A DNA stretch of 64,000 nt. Origin: Acidobacteriota bacterium (GTDB lineage: Bacteria > Actinomycetota > Acidimicrobiia > Spongiisociales > ZC4RG35). Under the pieces are notes generated by a model. It worked only from the letters and a program-made list of their open reading frames with translations, searched no databases and was not told the DNA's origin. The stretch is from positions 20,216 to 84,215 of the forward strand of contig SMXW01000045.1 in assembly GCA_004356805.1 (NCBI GenBank), read 5' to 3'. Positions 49,480 through 59,589 of the stretch are shown in pieces; position 1 is the first letter of the stretch, and each line of letters starts with the position of its first letter. The translations under genes and the position numbers were made by a program.

Positions 49480-49668
49480 CTTGCTTCCCTCCTCGGGTAT
49501 GAGTCCCCATTGTTAGCGTGCTCGGACTCATGTTCATTCCCGCCGTCGAAGGATCGCCATGACCGAACTTCTGCTTCCCAACCTGAGGCCCTGGCCAAGT
49601 GTGGACCGATCGGCGAGATCCATGGTGATCCGCAGAGGGAGAGGCGTGGCTCGAGAAGGTGCCCTCGT

Positions 49669-50319
49669 TTGACCGCCTCCCGCTGGTTCATCCCGTTTGG
49701 CGGCCGTGAACTTCCCAGACGTCTGGTGAACCTTGTTGTCGGCCTCGTCATCTTCGGGGCGGGCATCGGATTGATGCTCCAGTCCGGTCTTGGTGTCCCG
49801 CCCTGGGATGTACTTCATCAGGGGCTCGCTGTTCGATTCGGCCTCACCGTTGGGGTCTGGTCGATCATCATCTCGTTCGTAGTCCTCCTGTTCTGGATTC
49901 CGCTGAGGGAGCCCTACGGGATTGGAACCGTTCTCAATGCATTGATCATCGGGGTGATGATCGATGTGACAGCCGTTGTGGTGCCCGAAGCCGGAAACAC
50001 CGTGGTGGCGATTCTCATGCTCGGGTCCGGGATTCTGTCGATCGGCTTCGCGTCCGGCCTCTACATCGGGGCCAATCTCGGGCCCGGCCCCCGTGACGGG
50101 CTGATGACCGGAATCGCCCGGAAGGGCCCGTCGATCCGTTTGACCAGGTCGATACTCGAGATCGTGGTGCTGATCGCTGGATGGCTGCTCGGTGGCACAT
50201 TCGGGATCGGAACCATCGCCTTTGCCCTGCTGATCGGACCGTTGGTTCAGTTTTTTCTGCCTCGCTGGACTATCGACGCGGGTCGTCGGGTCGACGGTTG
50301 GGAACACCCTGCTCGCTGA
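49669..50319 (+). CDS. YczE/YitT-like membrane protein
   Basis: GLGVPPWDVLHQG motif and 5-6 TM. TTG start at 49669 (a GTG at 49726 is the alternative). The ORF-track 513-aa call is a chimera with antisense sequence. Confidence 0.55.
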   Translation: MTASRWFIPFGGRELPRRLVNLVVGLVIFGAGIGLMLQSGLGVPPWDVLHQGLAVRFGLTVGVWSIIISFVVLLFWIPLREPYGIGTVLNALIIGVMIDVTAVVVPEAGNTVVAILMLGSGILSIGFASGLYIGANLGPGPRDGLMTGIARKGPSIRLTRSILEIVVLIAGWLLGGTFGIGTIAFALLIGPLVQFFLPRWTIDAGRRVDGWEHPAR

Positions 50320-50785
50320 GCCTAGGTTCCCCGGACATCGACTTTCGGCCTGGAGACAAGGTTGGCTAAAAGGGAGTCCCGGACTGACGATGAGCAACCG
50401 GAGAGGGGCCCTCGGGCTTCGCCGTCAGGTTTGTCCCATGGAACGACCCGATTGGTTCGTCGAGGACCCGATGTTGCACGGACCGGAGAAGAGGAAGTGG
50501 GGAGCATTCTCACCTACCGCCGCACCTACATCCTCCGTCACGCCGGTCATTCCTGGCAGGGACGATGTCGGCCGGAGGCGTCGTTCATGATCCGCTACTG
50601 GTGGGACAACTTGGTTTGAGGACGAAACCCGCGAAAACTGATCAGCCACCCGACTAGCTGAACCCGTGGCACCCATATATGGTGCCGTCACTTCCCCAGA
50701 GCACCCGTTTCGGCGTCCGCTTCCCCGCCTGGATGGCCGTTTTGGCTGTCTGAGCACGCACTACGGGCTGTGGATAACTCGGTTC

Positions 50786-50874
50786 TTGACGAGTTGCAGG
50801 CTTGTAATTACAGTGTTGGAGTCCATACCAGATGTAGGTGGACACTTCCCCGCACACCACAACATCTAGTGGTG
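50786..50874 (+). promoter_or_regulatory. candidate nrdJ promoter with NrdR-box-like palindromes
   Basis: TTGACG (50786-50791), an 18-nt spacer, then TACAGT (50810-50815). The perfect palindrome TGTAATTACA (50803-50812) overlaps the -10. An inverted repeat CACCAC-N8-GTGGTG sits at 50855-50874, and the palindrome GCACCCATATATGGTGC at 50669-50685. Confidence 0.3.
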
Positions 50875-50943
50875 GGAGCTATAGATGGACGTGTTCTCGG
50901 TCTTCGGTGCCGAAACAAGAGAAGTGCGGAGGAGGCACAACAG

Positions 50944-53900
50944 ATGAGCGAAGGCCTACGGATAACCCGTCGCTTTACCGAGGCCGGTAACGACCCATAC
51001 GACCGACTGGAGTGGTCGACTCGTGACTCCAGAATCACCAACCCCGACGGCTCTGTTGTCTTTGAGATGACCGACGCCGAGATCCCGTCTCAGTGGAGCC
51101 AGGTCGCCTTGGACATCATGGTGTCCAAGTACTTTCGCAAGGCCGGAGTCCCCCAGTACGACGAGGACGGAACCCAACTCTTCGACGACGAAGGCCGACC
51201 GCTGACCGGTCCGGAGCACTCCGCCAAACAGGTCTTCAATCGTCTCGTCGGCACATGGCGGCACTGGGGGGAGAAGGGGGGCTACTTCGCCACCGCTGAT
51301 GATGCCGAGGCCTTCGAGGACGAGCTTCGCTACATGCTCGCCAACCAGATGGCCGCTCCCAACTCACCACAATGGTTCAACACCGGACTCAACTGGGCCT
51401 ACGGGCTCACCGGCCCACCCCAAGGACTGTGGTACGTCGATGACGAGACCGAGGAACTCATATCTTCCCCTGACTCCTACAGCAGACCCACTCCTCATGC
51501 CTGCTACATACTCAGCGTCAGCGATGACCTGGTCAACCCGGGTGGAATCATGGACCTGTGGGTGCGGGAGGCTCGCATCTTCAAGTTCGGTTCCGGCGCC
51601 GGATCCAACTTCTCCTCCATCCGAGGCGAGAACGAACTGCTCTCTGGTGGTGGCAAATCCTCCGGGGTCATGTCCTTCCTCAAGATCGGGGACCGCGCCG
51701 CCGGCGCGATCAAGTCGGGTGGCACCACCCGTCGCGCAGCCAAGATGGTCATTCTCGATGTCGACCATCCCGACATCGAGAAGTTCATCGACTGGAAGAA
51801 GGTCGAGGAAGAGAAGGCCAAGCTGCTCATCGACCACGGTGGCTTCCCGGCCGATTTCAATGGTGAGGCTTATGCCACTGTCTCGGGGCAGAACTCCAAC
51901 AACTCGGTCCGCATCAGCAACGACTTCGTCAAGGCCGTGGAGCAAGACGATAACTGGGACCTGATCAATCGAACCGACGGTTCGGTCCGCAAGACGATCA
52001 AGGCACGCGATCTCTGGTCTCGCATAGCCGACGCTGCCTGGGCCTGTGCGGACCCTGGTCTCCAGTTCGACTCCACGATCAACGAGTGGCACACCAGTCC
52101 TGCCGGTGGTCGCATACGGGCTTCTAACCCATGCGCGGAATATCTCTTTCTGGACGACACCGCCTGCAACCTGGCGTCGCTCAATCTCGTCAGGTTCTAC
52201 GACGACGAGAGCGGCGAGTTCGACATCGAGGCCTACAAACACACTATCCGCATCTGGACCATCGTCCTGGAGATCTCCGTGGCGATGGCTCACTTCCCGT
52301 CAAAGGAAATTGCACAAGGCTCCTACGACTATCGGACTCTTGGGCTTGGCTACGCCAACCTCGGGTCGCTGCTGATGCGTCAGGGCATCGCTTATGACTC
52401 CGATGAGGGCCGGGCCATCGCCGGCGCAATGACCGCCATCCTCACCGGGCACTCCTACGCAACATCGGCCGAGATGGCGGGGGTTGTGGGACCGTTCCCG
52501 CGCTTTGAGGAGAATCGGGAGGCGATGCTCCGGGTCATCCGTAACCATCGTGCGGCTGCCTATGACGGCGACGACTTCGACGGTGTCACCACCAGGGTGA
52601 TGGGCATCGATGCAGAACTGTGCCCGGACGATCTGGTGACCGCCGCCCGCGAGTCATGGGATCTCGCTCTCGAGCGTGGTGAGGAAACCGGCTATCGCAA
52701 CGCACAGTCCAGTTGCCTCGCGCCTACCGGAACAATCGGGCTTCTAATGGATTGTGACACCACCGGTGTCGAGCCCGACTTTGCCCTGGTCAAGTTTAAG
52801 AAGTTGGCCGGTGGCGGTTACTTCAAGATCGTCAACCAGTCCGTGGCGCCGGCACTGGCCAGCCTCGGCTACAACCTCGACCAGATCAACGATGTGGTGC
52901 AGTACATCGCTGGGACCAACTCCATGGAGGGTGCCCCACACATCAACGAACTGACGTTGGCCGAGAAAGGCTTCGACAGCGACGACCTTGCCAAGCTCGA
53001 GGAAACCCTTCCCAGAGTCTTTGATTTGAAGCACGCGTTCAACGTCTTCACCTTTGGCGAAGCAACCTTGCAGCGGCTCGGGTTCGGTGTCGACGAATAC
53101 ACCTCGTGGAACTTCGACCTACTTCAGGCGCTCGGATTCACCAAAGAGCAGATCGCAGGAGCCAACGACCATATCTGTGGTCGCCAGACCATAGAAGACG
53201 CTCCCTACATCCGGGACGAGCATCTCAAGGTGTTTGACACTGCCAACAAGAACGGGAAATACGGACGGCGGTTCATTCACCACAACGGCCACATCAAGAT
53301 GATGGCGGCGGCTCAGCCGTTCATCTCGGGTGCGATCTCGAAGACGATCAACATGCCCAACGAGGTCGACACCGAAACCATCGAGGAGGCATACCACCTC
53401 TCGTGGGAGTGGGGTCTCAAGGCCATGGCTCTCTACCGGGACGGATCAAAGGCGGTGCAGCCCCTCAACTCCACCGCCGACGAAGGTGAGAAAAGCGAAG
53501 AGGAGGCCGTCGGGATCACTGCTGCCGTCGAGCAGGAGAAGGCGATCCACTGGGGGAATCTCCCAGCTGGGACTTCGCCAAGCCAGGCATACGCCCAGGG
53601 AATGCCGCCGCCTCGGTTCCTGCTCCCGGCCCGTCGTCCCGGGTATCTCCAAGAAGCCCGAGTGGGAGGCCACAAGGTCTATCTGCGTACCGGTGAGTAC
53701 AACGACGGAACCCTGGGGGAGATCTTCATCGATCTGGCCAAAGAAGGCGCAACGCTGAAAGGCATCCTCAGTTGTTTCGCCATCGCAGTTTCCAAGGGTC
53801 TCCAGTACGGAGTGCCGTTGGAGGAGTTCGTCGACACTTTCACGTTCCAAACCTTCGAGCCCCGGGGAATCGTCGAAGGTCACGAGAACATCAAGATGGC

Positions 53901-54312
53901 CAACTCGATCATCGACTACGTATTCCGGGCCCTTGGCGTTGAGTACCTGAAGCGCGACGAACTCGCCCAGGTGCCACCCGATCGTGGGGGCGACCTGGCC
54001 GCACCGCCGAAGGGTCTGGCAGTCGAAGCGGGACTTCAGCTGGACCTGAGCGACGCTGTGGCCGAAGGTGATGTTGACGTGCTGCAACGGGCAGCCGAGT
54101 TCGTCGACTCTCCCGACGGATCGGTGCCGGAGCCAGTGGTGGAGAAGGTTGTCGCCACGGTGGCCGTCGGCGACCACGCTGCAAATACCGACATGATGTT
54201 GTCAGAGAACATGGGTGATGCACCTGTGTGCTCCAACTGCGGGCATATGACCATTCGCAACGGGAATTGCTACGTCTGCCTCACCTGTGGAGACACCACC
54301 GGCTGTAGCTGA
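50944..54312 (+). CDS. nrdJ: adenosylcobalamin-dependent ribonucleoside-diphosphate reductase (class II) with C-terminal zinc ribbon
   Basis: SNPCAEY active-site Cys region. C-terminal CSNCGH...CYVCLTCG ribbon. 1122 aa from MSEGLRITRRF. Contiguous catalytic motifs, so no intein. Confidence 0.9.
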   Translation: MSEGLRITRRFTEAGNDPYDRLEWSTRDSRITNPDGSVVFEMTDAEIPSQWSQVALDIMVSKYFRKAGVPQYDEDGTQLFDDEGRPLTGPEHSAKQVFNRLVGTWRHWGEKGGYFATADDAEAFEDELRYMLANQMAAPNSPQWFNTGLNWAYGLTGPPQGLWYVDDETEELISSPDSYSRPTPHACYILSVSDDLVNPGGIMDLWVREARIFKFGSGAGSNFSSIRGENELLSGGGKSSGVMSFLKIGDRAAGAIKSGGTTRRAAKMVILDVDHPDIEKFIDWKKVEEEKAKLLIDHGGFPADFNGEAYATVSGQNSNNSVRISNDFVKAVEQDDNWDLINRTDGSVRKTIKARDLWSRIADAAWACADPGLQFDSTINEWHTSPAGGRIRASNPCAEYLFLDDTACNLASLNLVRFYDDESGEFDIEAYKHTIRIWTIVLEISVAMAHFPSKEIAQGSYDYRTLGLGYANLGSLLMRQGIAYDSDEGRAIAGAMTAILTGHSYATSAEMAGVVGPFPRFEENREAMLRVIRNHRAAAYDGDDFDGVTTRVMGIDAELCPDDLVTAARESWDLALERGEETGYRNAQSSCLAPTGTIGLLMDCDTTGVEPDFALVKFKKLAGGGYFKIVNQSVAPALASLGYNLDQINDVVQYIAGTNSMEGAPHINELTLAEKGFDSDDLAKLEETLPRVFDLKHAFNVFTFGEATLQRLGFGVDEYTSWNFDLLQALGFTKEQIAGANDHICGRQTIEDAPYIRDEHLKVFDTANKNGKYGRRFIHHNGHIKMMAAAQPFISGAISKTINMPNEVDTETIEEAYHLSWEWGLKAMALYRDGSKAVQPLNSTADEGEKSEEEAVGITAAVEQEKAIHWGNLPAGTSPSQAYAQGMPPPRFLLPARRPGYLQEARVGGHKVYLRTGEYNDGTLGEIFIDLAKEGATLKGILSCFAIAVSKGLQYGVPLEEFVDTFTFQTFEPRGIVEGHENIKMANSIIDYVFRALGVEYLKRDELAQVPPDRGGDLAAPPKGLAVEAGLQLDLSDAVAEGDVDVLQRAAEFVDSPDGSVPEPVVEKVVATVAVGDHAANTDMMLSENMGDAPVCSNCGHMTIRNGNCYVCLTCGDTTGCS

Positions 54313-54790
54313 CCTGATCCGCCTGGAGACGATCGCTTTTGGGCGGACCGCGCGCTCCCGCATTGCGAAGGGCCCCGCTGAAGCGGGGCCCTTCCACTAC
54401 ATGGTCCGTTTCATCAAGCTGATATGGCGGCTCCTCATGTCCGAAGTAGATCAGGAATGCGATGGCGACCACCCACATGAGCGGGTGCACTTCGCCAACC
54501 TTTCCCTTGACCACCTTGATCAGCGTGTACATGACGAAAACGGCGCCGATGCCGACTGTGATTCTGAATGTCAGAGGCATCAGGATGAACGTCAACAGCG
54601 CAGGGAATCCCTCCTCGAAGTCGTCAAAGGTCGATCCCTTTGATGAGACCCATCATCAGGAATCCCACGAGGATCAGAACCGGAGCAGCTGCCTCCGGCG
54701 GAACCATTCCGGCCAGGGGCTACAGGAAGATGGCAAAGAGGAACAGGACTCCGACGACGACTGATGTCAAGCCGGTACGTCCCCCCTCTG
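54281..54790 (-). pseudogene. AzgA/NCS2-family purine permease, 3' remnant with in-frame TAG
   Basis: NTSYIERSAGMAEGGRTGLTSVVVGVLFLFAIFL*PLAGMVPPEAAAPVLILVGFLMMGLIKGIDLDDFEEGIPALLTFILMPLTF..VMYTLIKVV matches the C-terminal third of guanine/hypoxanthine permeases. Upstream sequence is frame-shifted and unrecognisable. The 3' end overlaps nrdJ by 32 nt. Confidence 0.5.
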
Positions 54791-54992
54791 CCATACCCGC
54801 CGACCTCTCGATATAGCTGGTGTTCGAGTGTGGAACCCTCCGAAGGCGGGGCCTTGGGACATTCAGTCGTGTCTGTCATGTTGCTCCTCCCAACTCGACG
54901 CCTGGGCAGGCGCCGACGACGTTTTCAAACTGGCCAGGAGATCTGGGGCCGTGTCGGACAGATCGAGGGGTTTCGTACAGTTTTCAGACCGA

Positions 54993-55301
54993 TCACATCA
55001 GAGCCCGAACCAACCAGAAGACCCCCATCCCTGCGATCAGAGTGAAGATGTGGCTCCGGGTCCTGTAGGCAACAGCGCCGCCAACCAAAAATGCTGAGAC
55101 TTCGGGAATTCCGATGGCAACGTTTCCGCCACTGTCGATCAAGAGAGCAACGATCAACGCACCAAGCACCGCCGGTGCCACGAACTGAAGCGAAACCAGG
55201 ACAGGATCGGGAATCTTCTTGTTGGCGAGGGCAAGGATGAATATCCCCCGACTCAGATAAGTTCCGATACCGACGGCGACTATGGCCAGAAAGTCGGTCA
55301 T
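54993..55301 (-). CDS. azlD: branched-chain amino acid exporter small subunit AzlD
   Basis: 102 aa and 3-4 TM. Follows azlC with a 4-nt overlap. Confidence 0.7.
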   Translation of the reverse strand: MTDFLAIVAVGIGTYLSRGIFILALANKKIPDPVLVSLQFVAPAVLGALIVALLIDSGGNVAIGIPEVSAFLVGGAVAYRTRSHIFTLIAGMGVFWLVRALM

Positions 55302-55978
55302 TCTCGGAGCCTTTCGGCGATGGTGCCCGCCAGAATCCCGACGAAGGCTCCGACCAGAAGACCGGCACGATTGGGCAAACCTGCTGTCAGGTAGGTGACA
55401 CCTGCCCCCACCAACGCAGCAATCAACTTCGGATACCTATCGATACCCAGAACGATCAATCCAAGGAACAGGATGGAAACGGCAAACTCGAGGTTCCAAG
55501 CTTCTGGTACTACGGGTCCAACCACCAGACCCAGCGCCGACGTGATTAGCCACAACGCCCAGAAGAGCAGGCCGGATGATAGGTAGTAGGTCCGAAACGT
55601 CTTTGGATCGTCGTCGGCGCGGAGCATCGACAGGGCAAACTGCTGGTCGATGAGGAGATAGGGACCGAACCATCTCATCCAGTGAGGTTGTTGCTGGAAG
55701 ACCGGGGCCAGGGCGGCCGAATACATCAGATGCCTTGCGTTCACCACGAGACCGGCGGTGATCGCCGCCGCCACGGCAGCGCCCGAGCCGAGCAACGAGA
55801 TGAGGGTCAGTTGGGCTGCTCCGCCGAAGATGATCCAAGAACTGCTCCAACCGACGAAGGGGCTGATTCCCGATTCGACAATCACCAAGCCAATCACGAA
55901 AGCAAAGGGGACCGCGGGCACAAAAAGTGGCAAGGCGTCGACGATGCCCTGCCTGACAATGGAGCGGTCCAGCGACAT
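55298..55978 (-). CDS. azlC: branched-chain amino acid exporter AzlC
   Basis: AzlC-family membrane pattern. Start set at MSLDRSIVRQG. The upstream 69 codons of the ORF call are low-complexity run-in. Confidence 0.7.
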   Translation of the reverse strand: MSLDRSIVRQGIVDALPLFVPAVPFAFVIGLVIVESGISPFVGWSSSWIIFGGAAQLTLISLLGSGAAVAAAITAGLVVNARHLMYSAALAPVFQQQPHWMRWFGPYLLIDQQFALSMLRADDDPKTFRTYYLSSGLLFWALWLITSALGLVVGPVVPEAWNLEFAVSILFLGLIVLGIDRYPKLIAALVGAGVTYLTAGLPNRAGLLVGAFVGILAGTIAERLRE

Positions 55979-56177
55979 GAGCGGAACAGGATAAGGCGCC
56001 CGTCCGGTTGACCAAGTGCTCTCCAATAGAAATGCAGCCGCCCACTTCGGCGAGGCCGGGGCGTCGCTCGCCAGAAGGCAGGACGAAGGCGCATCCGCAT
56101 GTTTTGGCGAGGCAAGGCCGTTCGCGGCGTTACCATCCGTTGAAAGGTCAGCGTATTTCTTGTTGGGGGCACCAGGC

Positions 56178-56480
56178 ATGAGCACTTTCCGTCACACACT
56201 GATGCTGCGATTCACTGCCGATGCCACCGAACAGCAGAAGCAGGCCGTCTACGACGGACTGGCCCGTATGCCCGGAGTAATGGACTTCATCCGCAGATAC
56301 GAGTTCGGGACCGACCTTGCCATCAGCGAGGGCAACCCGGACTTGGCCCTGGTTGCCGACTTCGATTCAGAGGAAGACTGGAGGGCGTACCAGAGTCACC
56401 CGGACCATCTTGTTCTGGTCAACGACCTCGTCAAGCCAATCGTCAGAGAGGCCATTCGGGTTCAGTACCTGGTCGACTAG
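56178..56480 (+). CDS. Dabb (stress-responsive dimeric alpha/beta barrel) protein
   Basis: About 100 aa. HTLMLRF...DFDSEEDWRAYQSHPDH Dabb pattern. Confidence 0.6.
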   Translation: MSTFRHTLMLRFTADATEQQKQAVYDGLARMPGVMDFIRRYEFGTDLAISEGNPDLALVADFDSEEDWRAYQSHPDHLVLVNDLVKPIVREAIRVQYLVD

Positions 56481-56509
56481 GTCGCGGCGGCCAACTCGAT
56501 GTCGTTCTC

Positions 56510-57229
56510 TTACCGTTCGACATCGATCTTCACCGTCTCCAAGGCGATCTCCACCATCTCGTCGAAGGTCTCCTGACGCTCGTCGGCACTGGTGGCCTCA
56601 CCGGTTCGGATGTGATCGGAGACCGTTGCAATCGTCAACGCCCGTCCACCCTTCTCGGCAGCAACGCCATAGAGACCCGCGGCCTCCATCTCCACTGCAA
56701 GAACACCCATCGCCTCCATACGATCGAAGGCTTCGCCATCGGGGTTGTAGAAGAGGTCGGCGGTGTGGACGTTTCCGACCTTCACGTCGATGCCCATCGC
56801 TGCCGCTGCAGTAGCCGCGGCCTGAAGCAGCCAGAAATCGGCGGTGGCAGCAAAATCATCGCCGCCGTAACGAATCCGATTGACCCCAGAGTCGGTGCAT
56901 GCGCCAATGGCGAGCACGACATCGCGGATCTTGACCGAAGGCAGTATTCCGCCACAGGACCCGACCCTTATCAGTCGCTCCACTCCGAACTCGGTGATGA
57001 GTTCGGTCGCGTATATGGAAGCCGAGGGGATGCCCATCCCGGTCCCCATCACCGAGACCGGGATCCCTGAGTAGGTCCCCGTGTAGCCGAGCATGTTGCG
57101 GACGGCGTTCACCTGCTTGACGTCATCAAGGAAGTTGTCGGCGATGTGTTTGGCACGCAGTGGATCACCGGGTAGAAGAATCGAAGGTGCAAAATCACCC
57201 TTCTCGGCAGAGATGTGCGGCGTGGGCAT
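56510..57229 (-). CDS. deoD: purine nucleoside phosphorylase DeoD-type
   Basis: [30 protein letters not shown]... conserved hexameric PNP motifs ([14 protein letters not shown]). Confidence 0.8.
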   Translation of the reverse strand: MPTPHISAEKGDFAPSILLPGDPLRAKHIADNFLDDVKQVNAVRNMLGYTGTYSGIPVSVMGTGMGIPSASIYATELITEFGVERLIRVGSCGGILPSVKIRDVVLAIGACTDSGVNRIRYGGDDFAATADFWLLQAAATAAAAMGIDVKVGNVHTADLFYNPDGEAFDRMEAMGVLAVEMEAAGLYGVAAEKGGRALTIATVSDHIRTGEATSADERQETFDEMVEIALETVKIDVER

Positions 57230-57342
57230 GGCGAAGGCGACTCCTCGGGCTCTCGGTCGGCCACAACCTATCGGATCCGCGGAGGAGAACGGCAGCCCAC
57301 GCGGCGGATTCCCACCGGTCCACACCCGCGTAGTCTTCGCCC

Positions 57343-57837
57343 ATGTCCGACATCTACGATTTCATCATCAGGTTGCGGGCAATCCGCGACTACACCGCCG
57401 ACCCGCTCTCCACAGAGGATCTCGAGGCGATTCTCGAAGCGGCGCGATGGACCGGCAGTTCCAAGAACCGCCAGGACTGGTCGTTCGTGGTCATCACAGA
57501 CCCCGACCGCCTCCAGGGTCTCGCCGAGCATGGGGACTTCACCCAGCCGATTCGAGACTCCAAGACAACCGTGGTGCTCGTCCAGGAAGAGGGCGGCAAC
57601 ATGTTCGACATCGGCCGAGCCGCCCAGAACATCATGCTCGCAGCCAAGGCGATCGGTGTGGCCTCGTGTCCGATCACTCTTCATCGCGACCACGACGCTC
57701 GCGAGTTTCTCGGCGCACCCAACGAAACGATCGTCAGATACGCCGTCGCTCTCGGCTACCCGACCGAGGATGCCCGGCCTGCCATGTTTGGTGGCCGAAA
57801 AGGCGCCCAATCCGTGATCAAACAGGATCGCTACTAG
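57343..57837 (+). CDS. nitroreductase family protein
   Basis: 164 aa. RAIRDY and DWSFVVI nitroreductase signature. Confidence 0.75.
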   Translation: MSDIYDFIIRLRAIRDYTADPLSTEDLEAILEAARWTGSSKNRQDWSFVVITDPDRLQGLAEHGDFTQPIRDSKTTVVLVQEEGGNMFDIGRAAQNIMLAAKAIGVASCPITLHRDHDAREFLGAPNETIVRYAVALGYPTEDARPAMFGGRKGAQSVIKQDRY

Positions 57838-57874
57838 TGGTCCGTCACTGGCTCAAGCTACCGTCACTCGACTC

Positions 57875-58801
57875 ATGACTGACACCCTCGTGGAGGCCCG
57901 TGGCCTCACCAAGAGATTCGACGACTTGACGGCGGTCGACGGGATCGACTTCGACATCCACCAGGGCGAAGCCTTTGGTTTCCTTGGCCCCAACGGAGCG
58001 GGGAAGACCTCGACGATGAAGATGATCACAACCGTCAGCCCCATTACCGAGGGAAAACTGACGGTGTTCGGACTCGACCCGACCACACAGGGTCGATCGA
58101 TCCGTCAGCGCATCGGCGTGGTCCCACAGGAAGACAATCTCGATCTCGAGCTGACGGTTTCCGAGAACCTGTACATCTACGGCCGCTATCACGACATGAG
58201 TCGGGCCGAGATCAATCCGCGGATCACGGAGCTGCTCGAGTTCGCTCAGTTGTCCGACCGTCGAGATTCAACAGTGGAGCCATTGTCGGGTGGCATGAAG
58301 CGTCGACTCACCATCGCCCGCGCCCTGATCAACGATCCCGACCTCATAATCCTCGACGAGCCGACGACCGGCCTCGACCCGCAGGCTCGGCACCTTCTTT
58401 GGGACCGGCTCTACCGACTCAAACGTGATGGGGCGACCCTCATCATCACAACTCACTACATGGACGAGGCCGAGCAGCTCTGCGATCGACTCGTGGTGAT
58501 GGACCAGGGGAAGATCGTCGCTGAAGGATCACCCCGCGAGCTCATAGAACAGTATGCGCCTCGGGAGGTCCTCGAGCTGAGATTCGACGACGAGCAGAGG
58601 GACGACGCTGTCATCAAGATGGACGGTGTCGCGGCCCGGTCTGAGGTCCTGGCAGATCGAGTCCTCCTCTACACCGACGACGCCGACGACACACAGCGCG
58701 CGCTTCACGACCGCGGGGTCCACCCCGAGCAGGTGCTTGTTCGCAGATCAACACTCGAAGACGTCTTCCTCCGTCTGACCGGTCGGAGACTGATCGACTG
58801 A
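57875..58801 (+). CDS. ABC transporter ATP-binding protein (ABC-2/DrrA-NodI type)
   Basis: Walker A GPNGAGKTST. ABC signature LSGGMKRRL. Walker B LIILDEPTTGLD. Confidence 0.85.
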   Translation: MTDTLVEARGLTKRFDDLTAVDGIDFDIHQGEAFGFLGPNGAGKTSTMKMITTVSPITEGKLTVFGLDPTTQGRSIRQRIGVVPQEDNLDLELTVSENLYIYGRYHDMSRAEINPRITELLEFAQLSDRRDSTVEPLSGGMKRRLTIARALINDPDLIILDEPTTGLDPQARHLLWDRLYRLKRDGATLIITTHYMDEAEQLCDRLVVMDQGKIVAEGSPRELIEQYAPREVLELRFDDEQRDDAVIKMDGVAARSEVLADRVLLYTDDADDTQRALHDRGVHPEQVLVRRSTLEDVFLRLTGRRLID

Positions 58802-59589
58802 TGACCGTCCTCAGCAGGTCTCTCCGGGTCGCCGAATCGGAGGCCATCGCGTATCGACGCACATGGCGAGGAACAGTGATCAGCTCCTTCATCAACCCGA
58901 TACTCTTTCTTGCGGCCATGGGCGCGGGTCTCGGCTCTCTGGTCGACAGTGGCAGCGGTGAGCTGGCAGTCCCCTATCTCGCCTTCGTGGCCACCGGGTT
59001 GATGGCGGCTTCCGGCATGCAGAACGGAGCGACCGACGGATCGTTTCCGGTGATGGCGGGAATCCTCTGGCGCAAGAACTTCATCGGTGCGATCAGCACA
59101 CCGATCAGCCCCTCCGACATCATCTACGGACGATTCCTATGGGCCATGCTGCGACTCACGTTTGTGCTTGTCGTGTTTGCGGTGATCGCCGTGCTGTTCG
59201 GCGCAATGGAAATTGGACCGGCTTTGCTGGCCGTCCCACCTGCAGTCCTGACGGGTCTCGGCTTCCTGACGGTCATCACCTCCTGGACCGTGACTCAGAA
59301 GGACGGGCTATCTCTCTCGACACTCTTCAGGTTCGCCATCGTGCCCTTGTTTCTCTTCTCCGGCACGTTTTTTCCAATCAGCCAGCTACCCGGCTTCCTC
59401 CAGCCTGTCGCATATGTGACACCTCTTTTTCACGGTGTCGAGCTTGTCCGCAAGATCGCCCTGCCCGGAGTCGACGCATCAGTGGTCACATCCATCCCGA
59501 TGTGGATCCACTTCGCCTACCTGTTGACCATGGTCGCAGTCGGCCTGTATCTCTCGACCAGGCTCCTCGACAAGAGACTCCGGCCATGA
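58801..59589 (+). CDS. ABC-2 family transporter permease
   Basis: 262 aa and 6 TM. Translationally coupled to the ATPase gene. Confidence 0.75.
   Translation: MTVLSRSLRVAESEAIAYRRTWRGTVISSFINPILFLAAMGAGLGSLVDSGSGELAVPYLAFVATGLMAASGMQNGATDGSFPVMAGILWRKNFIGAISTPISPSDIIYGRFLWAMLRLTFVLVVFAVIAVLFGAMEIGPALLAVPPAVLTGLGFLTVITSWTVTQKDGLSLSTLFRFAIVPLFLFSGTFFPISQLPGFLQPVAYVTPLFHGVELVRKIALPGVDASVVTSIPMWIHFAYLLTMVAVGLYLSTRLLDKRLRP

Noticed and set aside
48778-50319. 513-aa plus-strand ORF
   Set aside because: The first 890 nt are antisense to the redoxin/selenoprotein gene, with Arg-rich nonsense composition. Only the last 217 codons (YczE-like membrane protein) are real.
50320-50943. Cobalamin riboswitch upstream of nrdJ
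   Set aside because: I looked for the B12-box (GCCACTG-like) and the AAGGGAA/GGTG core. Only a weak AAAAGGGAGTCCCGG resemblance was found. That is not enough to call without a covariance-model search.
50944-54312. Intein in nrdJ (suggested by the 1122-aa length)
   Set aside because: The catalytic SNPCAEY, the C-terminal Cys pair and the zinc ribbon are contiguous with no Cys/Ser-initiated insertion. The length is explained by N- and C-terminal extensions.
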